The position numbers and the translations under genes are program-made. This document shows, piece after piece, positions 51,900-64,000 of a DNA stretch of 64,000 nt. The first letter of the stretch is position 1. Each line of letters opens with the position of its first letter. Location: positions 42,098,001 to 42,162,000 of the forward strand of contig OZ024752.1 of assembly GCA_964016885.1 (NCBI GenBank), given 5' to 3'. The notes beneath the pieces were generated by a model, which had not been told where the DNA came from, made no database searches, and saw only the letters and a program-made list of their open reading frames with translations. This DNA comes from Eledone cirrhosa. Taxonomy: Eukaryota.

Positions 51900-53010
51900 A
51901 CATTTAAAAACATAACTCCTCACCACACCAGTAACAACAACAACAATGGCACCACACCGCCACACCAGTAACAACAACAGCACCACACCGCCACACCAGT
52001 AACAACAACAACGGCAACGGCACCACACCACCACACCAGTAAAACAACAATGGCACCACACCGCCACACCAGTAACAACAACAACAACAACGGCAACGGC
52101 ACCACCACCACTACTACTATCATCACCACTACGACTAACATCACCAACACCACCACCACCACCCCTATCATCACCACACCAACACCACCACCACCCCTAC
52201 CAACACCATCACCACTAACACCAACACCCCCACTACTAACATCACCACCAACACTAACACCACCACCACCAACATAATCACCATCAACTACACCAACTCC
52301 ACCACAACCAACAACACCACTATCACCACCACCACCACCATCACCACCAACAACAACAACAACAACACTACCATCACCACCACCACCACCAGCATAATCA
52401 CCATTATCACCACCACCACCAACACTACCATCACCACCACCACCACCAACAACAACACTACCATCACCACCACCACCACCAACAACAACACTACCATCAC
52501 CACCACCACCACCAACAACAACACTACCATCACCACCACCACCAGCATAATCACCGTTATCACCACCACCACCAACACTACCATCACCAACACCTCCACC
52601 AGCATAATCACCATTAACATCACCACAACCACCACCACTACCATCACCACCACCACCATCACCACCACCACCAACAACACTACCATCACCACCACCACCA
52701 CAACTACCAACAACATCACCACCACCAGCATAATCACCGCCACCACCAACATCACCACCACCACCAACAACAACACTACCATCACCACCACCACCAGCAT
52801 AATCACCATTAACATCACCACCACCAACAACAACACCACCACCAACATCAACACAATCACACTACCACCATTACCAGTACCACCACCAACACCACCACCA
52901 CCAGCACCACCACCACCACCACCACCAACAACACCACCACCACCATCATAATCACACTACCACCATTACCAGTACTACCAGCAACACCATCACCACCACC
53001 ACCACTGGTA
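51900..53010. repeat. Cryptic (ACC/AAC/ATC)n trinucleotide region
   Basis: Low-complexity triplets, no coding signal. Confidence 0.85.
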
Positions 53011-53289
53011 CATGTACGTGTATGCATGTATGACTGTTTATGTATGCGCGTGTGTGGATATATGACTGTTCATGTATGCGTGTGCATGAATGTATGTGTG
53101 TACATGTATGTGTGTGTGTGTATGAGTGTACAAGTATGTGTGTGGGTGTATGACTGTACAAGTATGTGTATGTGTGTATGACTGTACAAGTATGTGTATG
53201 TGTGTGCACATACGCTCCTCAAAGCTGAATAATGAAATGACCTACTGTAGAAAATGTGTCTCACAGACCTTTTTTACACACCACTGCAT

Positions 53290-53635
53290 GCACACATACT
53301 TATACATACATATACACTCATATGCACACACACACATACATATATACATACATATACACATACATACATATACACTCATATGCACACACACACACACATA
53401 CATACATATACGTACATACATACTTACATATATACATACATACATACATACATATATATACATACATACATACATACATATATATACATACGTACATACA
53501 TATGTACATACATACATATATACATATATATATATATACATATACACTCATATGCGCACACACACACACATACATACATATATACATACATACATATATA
53601 CATACATACATATACGTACATACATACTTACATAT

Positions 53636-53668
<33 letters not shown>

Positions 53669-53726
53669 TACATACATACGTACATACATACATACATATA
53701 TATACATACGTACATACATATATACA

Positions 53727-53763
<37 letters not shown>

Positions 53764-53812
53764 TAATATGCGCACACACACACACATACATACATATACG
53801 TACATACATACA

Positions 53813-53844
<32 letters not shown>

Positions 53845-54447
53845 CACTAATATGCGCACACACACACACACATACATACATATACGTACATACATACTTA
53901 CATATATACATACATACATATATATACATACATATGTACATACATACATACATATACATACGTACATACATACATACATATACATACATACATACATACA
54001 TATACATACATACATACATACATATATATATAGATATATATATACATACACACATACATACATATATACATACATATACGTACATACATACTTACATATA
54101 TACATACATACATATATATACATACATACATACATACATATACATACATACATACATACGTACATACATACATATATATATATATATAGATATATATATA
54201 CATACACACGTACATACATACTTACATACAAACATATATATATATGTATATTTATACATACATACTTACATACATACATTCTTGCGATTCAAGGGATGAA
54301 AATTTCTTTTCTTTTACAACCTTGCCACCAGGAAGGTGGCCAGTCAAAAATATACTCGAAAATAAGAGAAAGAGATATATATATATACATACATACTTAC
54401 ATACATATATATATATATAAATACATACTTACATACATATATATATC

Positions 54448-54498
<51 letters not shown>

Positions 54499-54500
54499 TT
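53290..54500. repeat. (TACA)n/(TA)n microsatellite
   Basis: Direct observation. Confidence 0.9.
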
Positions 54501-55130
54501 AGATGGTGGCTGCCAACTCGTTTTCGAGTACGGCCACTACTTTATATCCATGTAGGAGAACCCCTACCGATGCGCTGAACGAGTGTGACTTTTTAGTCCA
54601 GCCAGCGACTTGAAAACTCTGGTACAAACACTACACTTGTGACAATTACTGACACATAGTGCTGGGCCCATGGTACCATGTGACGACAAGTGCAGAGAGA
54701 TCTCCAGATATAAAGCAATGCCTGTGCCGTGAAGCTTTTATAGTGAGCAAAGGCACTGCACAAAGCCAGTCCCACTCTCTTAACCAAGATGATATTTACC
54801 AAAAAGAAGAACAAGTCAACATCATTGGATACCATCAGGGCTGCAGGTGTTATATCAGAGTTTTCCTTCTCCTAGAATTCTGCCTTGACAAAGGCTAAGG
54901 GGTCATCTCTCCCGGTGATTTTGGACGGCCATTGACTCTTAAGAGCTCCTTTGCCCTTTGACAGGTTTTGTTTTTAGTCCTGCAGGATGTCCAAAGTCAC
55001 CCTCGTCACCAGGAAACCTTGGTGGGGTTGCCAGTTTAGTCACCAACGACCCGACCATGAGACAGGTTGTACTGGGATACATGTTACCAGTAGCACCAAC
55101 TGGTGACCTGACATAGCCTCGACAGAGTGC
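54500..55130 (-). mobile_element. Probable RTE-like LINE 5' region
   Basis: Minus strand contains ctaggagaaggaaaactctga and aaaacctgtcaaagggc, which I recall from RTE 5' UTRs; no intact ORF. Confidence 0.4.
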
Positions 55131-55520
55131 CATACATATATACATACATACATACATATATACTTACATACATATATATATATATACATACTTACATACA
55201 TATAAATACATACTTACATACATATATATATATCTATATATATATACATACATACATACATACATACTGCAATCCTCAGAAGACTCTATCAAGGAAATTT
55301 TGGTATCACACATATTTTAAGATTCCTTCAAATATTGTTAAAAAAAAAAAATGCCCCCCAGCACTCACTGTAAATGAGGTTGGTGTTAGGAAGGGCATCC
55401 AGCTGTAGATATCAAGCCAGAATCAGTTCCCGTATGAGCAAGACATGGTCACTCGACCTGGCATTGCCCACAACAGGACAACCTGTCTAACCCATGCTAG
55501 CGTGGAAGAATGGACGTAAA

Positions 55521-55554
<34 letters not shown>

Positions 55555-55569
55555 ATTAATATTCATTAT

Positions 55570-55790
55570 AAGGGTGGTGGATTGGCAGTATCGGTAGAGA
55601 GCCGGACGCCATGCTCTTTGCAGCACAGAGTTACGGCCCTTTACGGTCTGAGTGCAAATCCTGCCGAGGTTAGCTTTGCCTTTCATCCTTACGGGGGTCG
55701 ATAAAAGAAAGCACCAGTAACGTACCAGGGTCAATATAATCGACTTTTCCCCAAAATTGTAGGTCTTATGCCTAAACCAGAAACCACTAT
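55570..55790 (+). mobile_element. tRNA-derived SINE
   Basis: agggtggtggattggcagtatcggtaga...gagtgcaaatcctgccgagg. Confidence 0.8.
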
Positions 55791-55864
55791 CAACATGAAG
55801 TTGGAAGCCATGATGAACAAATTTCTGAGTTTATGTTTAGTCTACTACAAATACAGAACGAAAG

Positions 55865-56443
55865 CCTTAAGAAATAATAATTGTTTCTATTTTTGGCACA
55901 AGGCCAGCAATTATCCCAGTGCATTACTGGTACTTTATTTTATCAACCGCGTAAGGATGAAAGGCAAAGTTAACCTCGGCGGGATTTGAACTCAGATTGG
56001 AAAGGGCCGTAACTCTATGCATCAAAGCATGGCGTCCGACCCTCTACCAATACTGCCAATCCACAATAATTGTTTCTATTTTTGGCACAAGGCCAGCAAT
56101 TATCCCAGTGCATTACTGGTACTTTATTTTATCAACCGCGTAAGGATGAAAGGCAAAGTTAACCTCGGCGGGATTTGAACTCAGATTGGAAAGGGCCGTA
56201 ACTCCATGCATCAAAGCATGGCGTCCGACCCTCTACCAATACTGCCAATCCACAATAATTGTTTCTATTTTTGGCACAAGGCCAGCAATTATCCCAGTGC
56301 ATTACTGGTACTTTATTTTATCGACCCCGTAAGGATGAAAGGCAAAGTTAACCTCGGCGGAATTTGAACTCAGACCAAAGCATGGTGTCCGACCCCCTAC
56401 CGATACCGACACTGACAATCCACCGCCCTTAAGAAATAATAAT
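55865..56443 (-). mobile_element. Tandem SINE trimer (188-bp period) inside one 17-bp direct repeat
   Basis: ccttaagaaataataat at 55865 and 56427. Confidence 0.8.
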
Positions 56444-57382
56444 GAAAGTATTATAAAAAATTATTATTTTCAATTTCATCAATATAATTCTAATTTACAT
56501 CATGTGAAATATTTCTCTATATTGAAAAATATTTGATACCACGTGTCTGAAATCAATGATGGTTCTACAACAAAGCTGCTTATGTTAAGCCTTCAGAATT
56601 CTCCAGAATTCTCTCACCTCTTTCTGTTTAAACCAGCTGTAATCAGCTGCTCATACTTATGTTAAGGTATTGTTCTCAAAATAAATAATATCAAAATCTC
56701 GTACCTTCAATATTATGTGAGATAATTATGTGTAATAAAGTGTTTAATGTGAAAATACAATAGTAATTATAGAGAAATGTAAATGTTAAAGGGTTAAAAA
56801 ACCCTTCATCATAATTTTATGTAAGTATCATTCTGTACACCAGATTAACAATGAAAAAGTTTATTAGATCATTTAATTCCTACAAATTCCTTGATTATTC
56901 AAAATTATTTGAAAAATCATACGCAAGGGAAGTGGTAAGGGTATTGGACTTGTGATCTTGATATTGAGGGTTCAATTCCTGGAGTGGCTTGTGTGTTGTG
57001 TTCTTGAGCAAAACACTTCATTTCAGATTGATCCAGTGTACTCTGCTGAAAACGAGTACCTGTAATAACCGGGGGTTTAACCCTGCGATGGACTGATGCC
57101 CTGTCCAACTGGAGAATCTTGTACTCTCAGTCGCTTAATCCCACAAATACGGGGATAAGATAAGCACCATTCTGGTGAACCCTCCAAGCTTGAGACAAAC
57201 TTTAGACTTTCTTAGTCTTTCAAGAACTGTCTGATGACTCTGTAAACATACAGGAGAATCTCCAGATTAAAAACAAGCAACTAACTCGACCCTAATAAAA
57301 CTCATTTGTTGTGCTCATAGTTTTTGGCAGTAGTATATATACTGGTTGGATGCCCTTCCTAACACCCTAACACCAGCACCAC

Positions 57383-57722
57383 TTTACAGCATGGACTGGG
57401 TGCTTTTATTCATGCCACCAGCACTAGAGAGGTCGTCTTACTGGACTCAGGGGCCCTCTCTACCCCTCCATTTTACAGCATGGACTAGGTGCTTTTATTC
57501 GTGCCACCAGCACTAGAGAGGTTGTCTTACTGGACTCAGGGGCCCTCTCTACCCCTCCATTTTACAGCATGGACTAGGTGCTTTTATTCGTGCCACCAGC
57601 ACTAGAGAGGTCGTCTTACTGGACTCAGGGGCCCTCTCTACCCCTCCATTTTACAGCATGGACTAGGTGCTTTTATTCGTGCCACCAGCACTAGAGAGGT
57701 CGTCTTACTGGACTCAGGGGCC
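57383..57722. repeat. ~88-bp tandem repeat x4 derived from a SINE body
   Basis: tttacagcatggactaggtgcttttattcgtgccaccagcactagagagg. Confidence 0.85.
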
Positions 57723-57889
57723 ATAACCAATATATATATGTGTGTGTGTGTGTGGAACAACCCTACCCTCCATCAAAAAGAAAAAAAAAGCAACAACAAA
57801 GTCTCAACACAATATAGAAATTAGATTATGGGGTTTTATAATTTATGTGCTATTGTTCGGTTTGGCAGGGTAGAGTGAGGGTGGTAATG

Positions 57890-58204
57890 ATGGTGATGAT
57901 GATGATGATGTGCTGTTGTTTGGTGGGGTAGGGTGGGGTGGAGGGGGCTGATGATGATGATGATGATGTGCTGATGATGATGATGATGATGATGATGATG
58001 GTGTGTTGTTGTTTGGTGGTGATGATGATAGTGATATTGATGGTGATGATGATGATGATGAGCTGTTTAGTGGTGGTGGTGGTGCTGTTGTTTGATCACC
58101 ATCATGATGGAGGTGGTGGTGGTGTTGTTGTTTGATCATGATGATGGTGGTGGTGGTGGTGTTGGTGCTGGTGCGGCAGCTGATATTGTTCTGTTACTTG
58201 GCAG

Positions 58205-58236
<32 letters not shown>

Positions 58237-59125
58237 GTGAATGTATTGTTGTCTCTTATCTTTCAGTCAGGAATTCTGATCAGTAACCAGGGCAACAGAG
58301 TCATCCCAGGCAACTTTAAATGTCAAATGGACTATGGAAATAATAAATGTCTTTCTTTGTAACACAACAACATCACCACCACCACCTCCACCTCCACCAC
58401 CACCACATACAACAACAACACAACCACCACCACCACAACCACCACCACCACCACATACAACAACAACAACAACAACAACACCACCACCAACACAACCACC
58501 ACCTCCACCATCACCACCACCAACACAACCACCACCACCAACAACAACACCACCACCAACACCAACAACAACACCACCACCAACACCAACATCACCACCA
58601 ACACCACACCACCTCTACCATCAACGACCCCCCCCCATCACCACTACAAACAACATCATCACACTACCATCAACAACACCACCACCACCACAAACATCAA
58701 CAACACCAACACCACTACCACCATCACCACCACCAACAACATCAACACCACCAACACCAACATCAACAACATCATCACCACCACCAACATCAACACCAAC
58801 ATCATCACCACCACCAACATCAACATCATCACCAACAATACCAACATCACCACCACCAACACTACCACCACAACATCTCCAACAACATCCCCTCCACTAT
58901 AGCACCATCAACACTACCATCACACCCCTCTCATCACCACCACCACCATTGTAGCACCCCTAACACTACCATCACACCCCTCTTCCCACCTCCAACACCA
59001 TCATCACGACACCACAACACCACCACTACCAACACAACACCACTACTACTACCACCACCACCACCACCATCACACTGCTACCACTATCAACACCTCCACC
59101 CCTAATCACTACTACAACTACTACA

Positions 59126-59163
<38 letters not shown>

Positions 59164-60210
59164 CACTACCACTGCTACTACTGCTACCACTACTACTGCT
59201 ACAACTACTGCTACTACTACTACAACTACCACTACTACTACTACTGCTACCACTACTACTACTACAACTACCACTACTACTACCACCACTACTACTACTA
59301 CCGCTACTACTACCACCACCACTACTACTACTGCTACTACTACCACTACTACTACGACGACGATGCCGATAACAGCCAATTAAATAGAATTAGATGCTAA
59401 TGTCAAACTGGATCTTTCCCACCAACCTCGAACAATAACACAGCAACTAAAAAACGATAACAACAAACAAAACACTGAGCTGAGAAGGAGGAAACCTTTA
59501 TGAGGTCGATCAACTTGTTAGAAATAGCAGTCACACACATCTTAAACACACTACATTACACCTCTACTAATACACTACACTACACTTATACAAATACCTA
59601 CACTTCTACTAATACACTACAATACATGACTCATACACTGTTCATTTTCCTGATGTTTGTACATTACCCTATGTACTATACATACACTTTTTGATGAGTT
59701 GTAGTGCACCTGAGCACTGTACACAATATTTCATTATTATTATATTATTTAAACACACTAATACACTTCACTACACTTATACTAATACACTTCTACAAAT
59801 ACACCACACTACACTACTACAAATATACTACACTACACTTCTACAAATACACCACACTACACTTCTACAAATATTCTACACTACACTTCTACAAATACAC
59901 CACGCTACACTACACTACTACAAATATACTACACTACACTTCTACAAATACACCACACTACACTACTACAAATATACTACACTACACTTCTACAAATACA
60001 CCACACTACACTTCTACAAATATACCACACCACACTTCTACAAATATACTACACTACACTTCTACAAATACACTTCTTCTAATACATTACATTTCTACAA
60101 ATACACTTGACTACACTTCTACAGATACACTACACTACACTACACTGCAAATACACTACACTTCACTACAAATACACTACACTACACTTCTACAAATACA
60201 CTACACTGCT
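57890..60210. repeat. Trinucleotide low-complexity tracts and a ~27-bp (actacacttctacaaatac) minisatellite
   Basis: Direct observation. Confidence 0.85.
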
Positions 60211-60913
60211 GTGCCTTGGTTTGGCTCGCCAGTCTCAACCTGCCTCTCTAACTATTGTGCATTTGTTATACAACAACAACAAGCACCAGATTTATAACAA
60301 ATATTAGAGTCAATATGATCAACTAAATCCATTTAATGTGGCCCCAGTCAATTGACTGAAACAAGTAAAAGAAAGAATAAAAGAAAACTGTAAACATAAC
60401 AGTTGTTATTTTCAGACCTTACTGTAATTTTCAGGGAGATTCAGTATGATACAGCATGTGAAAAGGCTGACCTTTTGAATTGTAGGTACAACATATTTTG
60501 GACTGGAGCAACGTGAAATAAAGTGTCTTGCAACACAACCTGCTCCCAGGAATCCAACTCACAACCTTAAGATTGTAAACCGAACACCCTAACCACTAAG
60601 CCATATGCCTTCACTCAGCTGGCAAAGAATGAGTTGTACTTGTAGTTCGAATGGCCAGCCTTGTCACATTCTGTGTCACGCTGAATCTCCCTGAGAACTG
60701 CGTTAAGTGTCTGCGTGTCTGTGGAATGCTCAGTCACTTGCACGTTAATATCACGAGGCAAGCTGTTCCGTTGATTGGATCAACTGGAACACTCGTTGTC
60801 GTAACAGAAAGAGTGCCTCAAAACATATTTTGCCAAGTGAGTAGAGTGGAGTAATGTGAAATAAAGTCTCTTGCTCAAGAATACAACACAGCACAGAACC
60901 ACACACTCTAACC

Positions 60914-62558
60914 CAGGCATGTCAAATTGAGGGTCCTCCATGTGTACATATGTGATGTCTAAGGGCCACACATTAGTTGTAATGTGTTGTAATGTGTACA
61001 TATGTGATGTCTAAGGGCCACACATTAGTTGTTATGTGTTGTAATGTGTACATATGTGATGTCTAAGGGCCACACATTAGTTGTTATGTGTTGTAATGTG
61101 TACATATGTGATGTCTAAGGGCCACACATTAGTTGTAATGTGTTGTAATGTGTACATATGTGATGTCTAAGGGCCACACATTAGTTGTTATGTGTTGTAA
61201 TGTGTACATATGTGATGTCTAAGGGCCACACATTAGTTGTAATGTGTACATATGTGATGTCTAAGGGCCACACATTAGTTGCAATGTGTTGTAATGTATA
61301 CATATGTGATGTCTAAGAGCCACACATTAGTTGTAATGTGTACATATGTGATGTCTAAGGGCCACACATTAGTTGTAATGTGTACATATGTGATGTCTAA
61401 GGGCCACACATTAGTTGTAATGTGTTGTAATGTGTACATATGTGATGTCTAAGGGCCACACATTAGTTGTAATGTGTTGTAATGTGTACATATGTGATGT
61501 CTAAGGGCCACACATTAGTTGTAATGTGTACATATGTGATGTCTAAGGGCCACACATTAGTTGTAATGTGTTGTAATGTGTACATATGTGATGTCTAAGG
61601 GCCACACATTAGTTGTAATGTATACATATGTGATGTCTAAGGGCCACACATTAGTTGTAATGTGTACATATGTGATGTCTAAGAGCCACACATTAGTTGT
61701 AATGTGTACATATGTGATGTCTAAGGGCCACACATTAGTTGTAATGTGTACATATGTGATGTCTAAGAGCCACACATTAGTTGTAATGTGTTGTAATGTG
61801 TACATATGTGATGTCTAAGGGCCACACATTAGTTGTAATGTGTACATATGTGATGTCTAAGGGCCACACATTAGTTGTAATGTGTTGTAATGTGTACATA
61901 TGTGATGTCTAAGAGCCACACATTAGTTGTAATGTGTACATATGTGATGTCTAAGGGCCACACATTAGTTGTAATGTGTACATATGTGATGTCTAAGGGC
62001 CACACATTAGTTGTAATGTGTACATATGTGATGTCTAAGGGCCACACATTAGTTGTAATGTGTACATATGTGATGTCTAAGAGCCACACATTAGTTGTAA
62101 TGTGTACATATGTGATGTCTAAGGGCCACACATTAGTTGTTATGTGTTGTAATGTGTACATATGTGATGTCTAAGGGCCACACATTAGTTGTAATGTGTA
62201 CATATGTGATGTCTAAGGGCCACACATTAGTTGTAATGTGTTGTAATGTGTACATATGTGATGTCTAAGGGCCACACATTAGTTGTAATGTGTACATATG
62301 TGATGTCTAAGGGCCACACATTAGTTGTAATGTGTTGTAATGTGTACATATGTGATGTCTAAGGGCCACACATTAGTTGTAATGTGTACAACTATTTGTA
62401 CACATTACAACTAATTTTTTTTAATTTTAGATTACAAAAATAAAACATGCTCGCGCTGTAAGAACCTTTGTGTGAGCCGCAGGTGTGCTTGTAAAGGGCT
62501 GCAGGTGTGCTTGTAAAGGGCCGTATGTGGCCCGCAGGCCATATGTTTGACGTGCCAG
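60914..62558. mobile_element. hAT-like MITE containing a 42/52-bp minisatellite (60941-62390)
   Basis: TIRs caggcatgtcaaa / tttgacgtgccag; 8-bp TSD ctctaacc / ctctagcc; subterminal tgtggcccgcaggcc; unit tgtgtacatatgtgatgtctaagggccacacattagttgtaa. Confidence 0.75.
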
Positions 62559-62901
62559 CTCTAGCCATTAAGCCAAGCTCCTTCATATATATATTATAGT
62601 ATAACATTTCATTTATAAATCTATTTCAAGTAAATAGTAAAATTATATTTGACACCATGTTAGTTCCTGTAAAAGAACTGACACCTAAGTGACATGTAGT
62701 GTATATATTATATTATACTAACCAAGCACAATGTATATTATGGAAGGTAAATGACTGGCAACAGCATTGCTTCATATAAATTGGCCCTAAATTTTAATAG
62801 ACAACATTGTATTGCACAGCAGTGTAATACAAACTGATTCCTTACCATATTTCTAAATAAAAGACACTGTCTATGGTTTTAACTGATTCCTTTAACTGAT
62901 T

Positions 62902-62974
<73 letters not shown>

Positions 62975-63044
62975 AATGCTCTGAAATAGCGATATATATG
63001 TGAAGACAAACATAGAATATTTTCGAATATTCTATGTTTGTCTT

Positions 63045-63110
<66 letters not shown>

Positions 63111-63242
63111 AATACACACCATACACATATATATATACATACATACATATATATATACACACACACACACATATATATATACACATACATACATATATAC
63201 ACACATATATATATACATACATATATATATATACATACATAT

Positions 63243-63286
<44 letters not shown>

Positions 63287-63325
63287 ACAGCATCTTAGCT
63301 ACCATCCGACACATATATATATACA

Positions 63326-63367
<42 letters not shown>

Positions 63368-63373
<6 letters not shown>

Positions 63374-63631
63374 TCCTTGAGCAAGACACTTTATTTCAAA
63401 TTGCTCCAGTTTACTCAGCTGTAGAAATGAGATGATAGGGACTGAGGTCCTTATCATTCCACTGCAAAGTGGTCGTGTAGGTGCCACGGCAAAAAAGCAC
63501 CCAGCACTCACTGTAAATGAGGTTGGTGTTAGGAAGGGCATCCAGCTGTAGAAATCAAGCCAGAATCAGTTCCCGTCCCACCCTTGCAAGCAGGGAAAAG
63601 CGGACGTAAAATGAAATGATGATGATGATGA
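63368..63631 (+). mobile_element. 5'-truncated SINE, second family
   Basis: Closely similar to 47355-47622. Confidence 0.85.
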
Positions 63632-63721
63632 TATATATATATATATATATATACATACAGCATCTTAGCTACCATCCGACACATATATATACATTCATAT
63701 ATAAATACACACACACACACT

Positions 63722-63762
<41 letters not shown>

Positions 63763-64000
63763 CACGTATATATGTGTATTAATCTTTAAAAATCTGTGGA
63801 TAAATGCAGCCAATATTTTCATTAATGGTTCATTATTTAACACTCACCATAATTAATATATATACTAGTTTTTAATTCTAAGTGGATGTCAGATGTCCCC
63901 TTCTACTCCTGTGGCTGCCCCCCCCCCCCATCACACTTAAAGGAAATTTAATAACCTCACAACCCTTCATTTCCTTTCTCTGGCCCCTAGAAATATAAAA

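Noticed and set aside
51900-59380. Mucin/extensin-like, poly-His or poly-Val ORFs
   Set aside because: Trinucleotide simple repeats open in several frames with no unique coding sequence
62842-62905. Candidate upstream TYW2 exon with gtaagg donor
   Set aside because: Resembles the repeat at ~40355-40400 and would give TG+A (stop) when joined to the 49641 acceptor

Overview
Eukaryotic, AT- and microsatellite-rich DNA. The SINE/MITE families look like those of an octopod cephalopod, which is an inference from recall and not a search result. The central feature is a ~29 kb head-to-tail array of 22 near-identical 7SL (SRP RNA) genes on the minus strand (7148-36272). Its spacers fall into three classes (~1.2, ~1.4 and ~1.38 kb periods). 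Upstream elements are positionally conserved, and the spacers carry one Helitron and one short insertion flanked by a target-site duplication (TSD). Left of the array are the last three exons of an SLC5 sodium:solute symporter (+). Right of it are five coding exons of TYW2/TRMT12 (-), whose first exon I could not resolve. One TYW2 splice donor has been amplified into a 12-copy 82-bp minisatellite. The remainder is tRNA-derived SINEs, piggyBac- and hAT-like MITEs, LINE remnants, hammerhead-like motifs, minisatellites and simple repeats. Most ORFs in the track are spurious.
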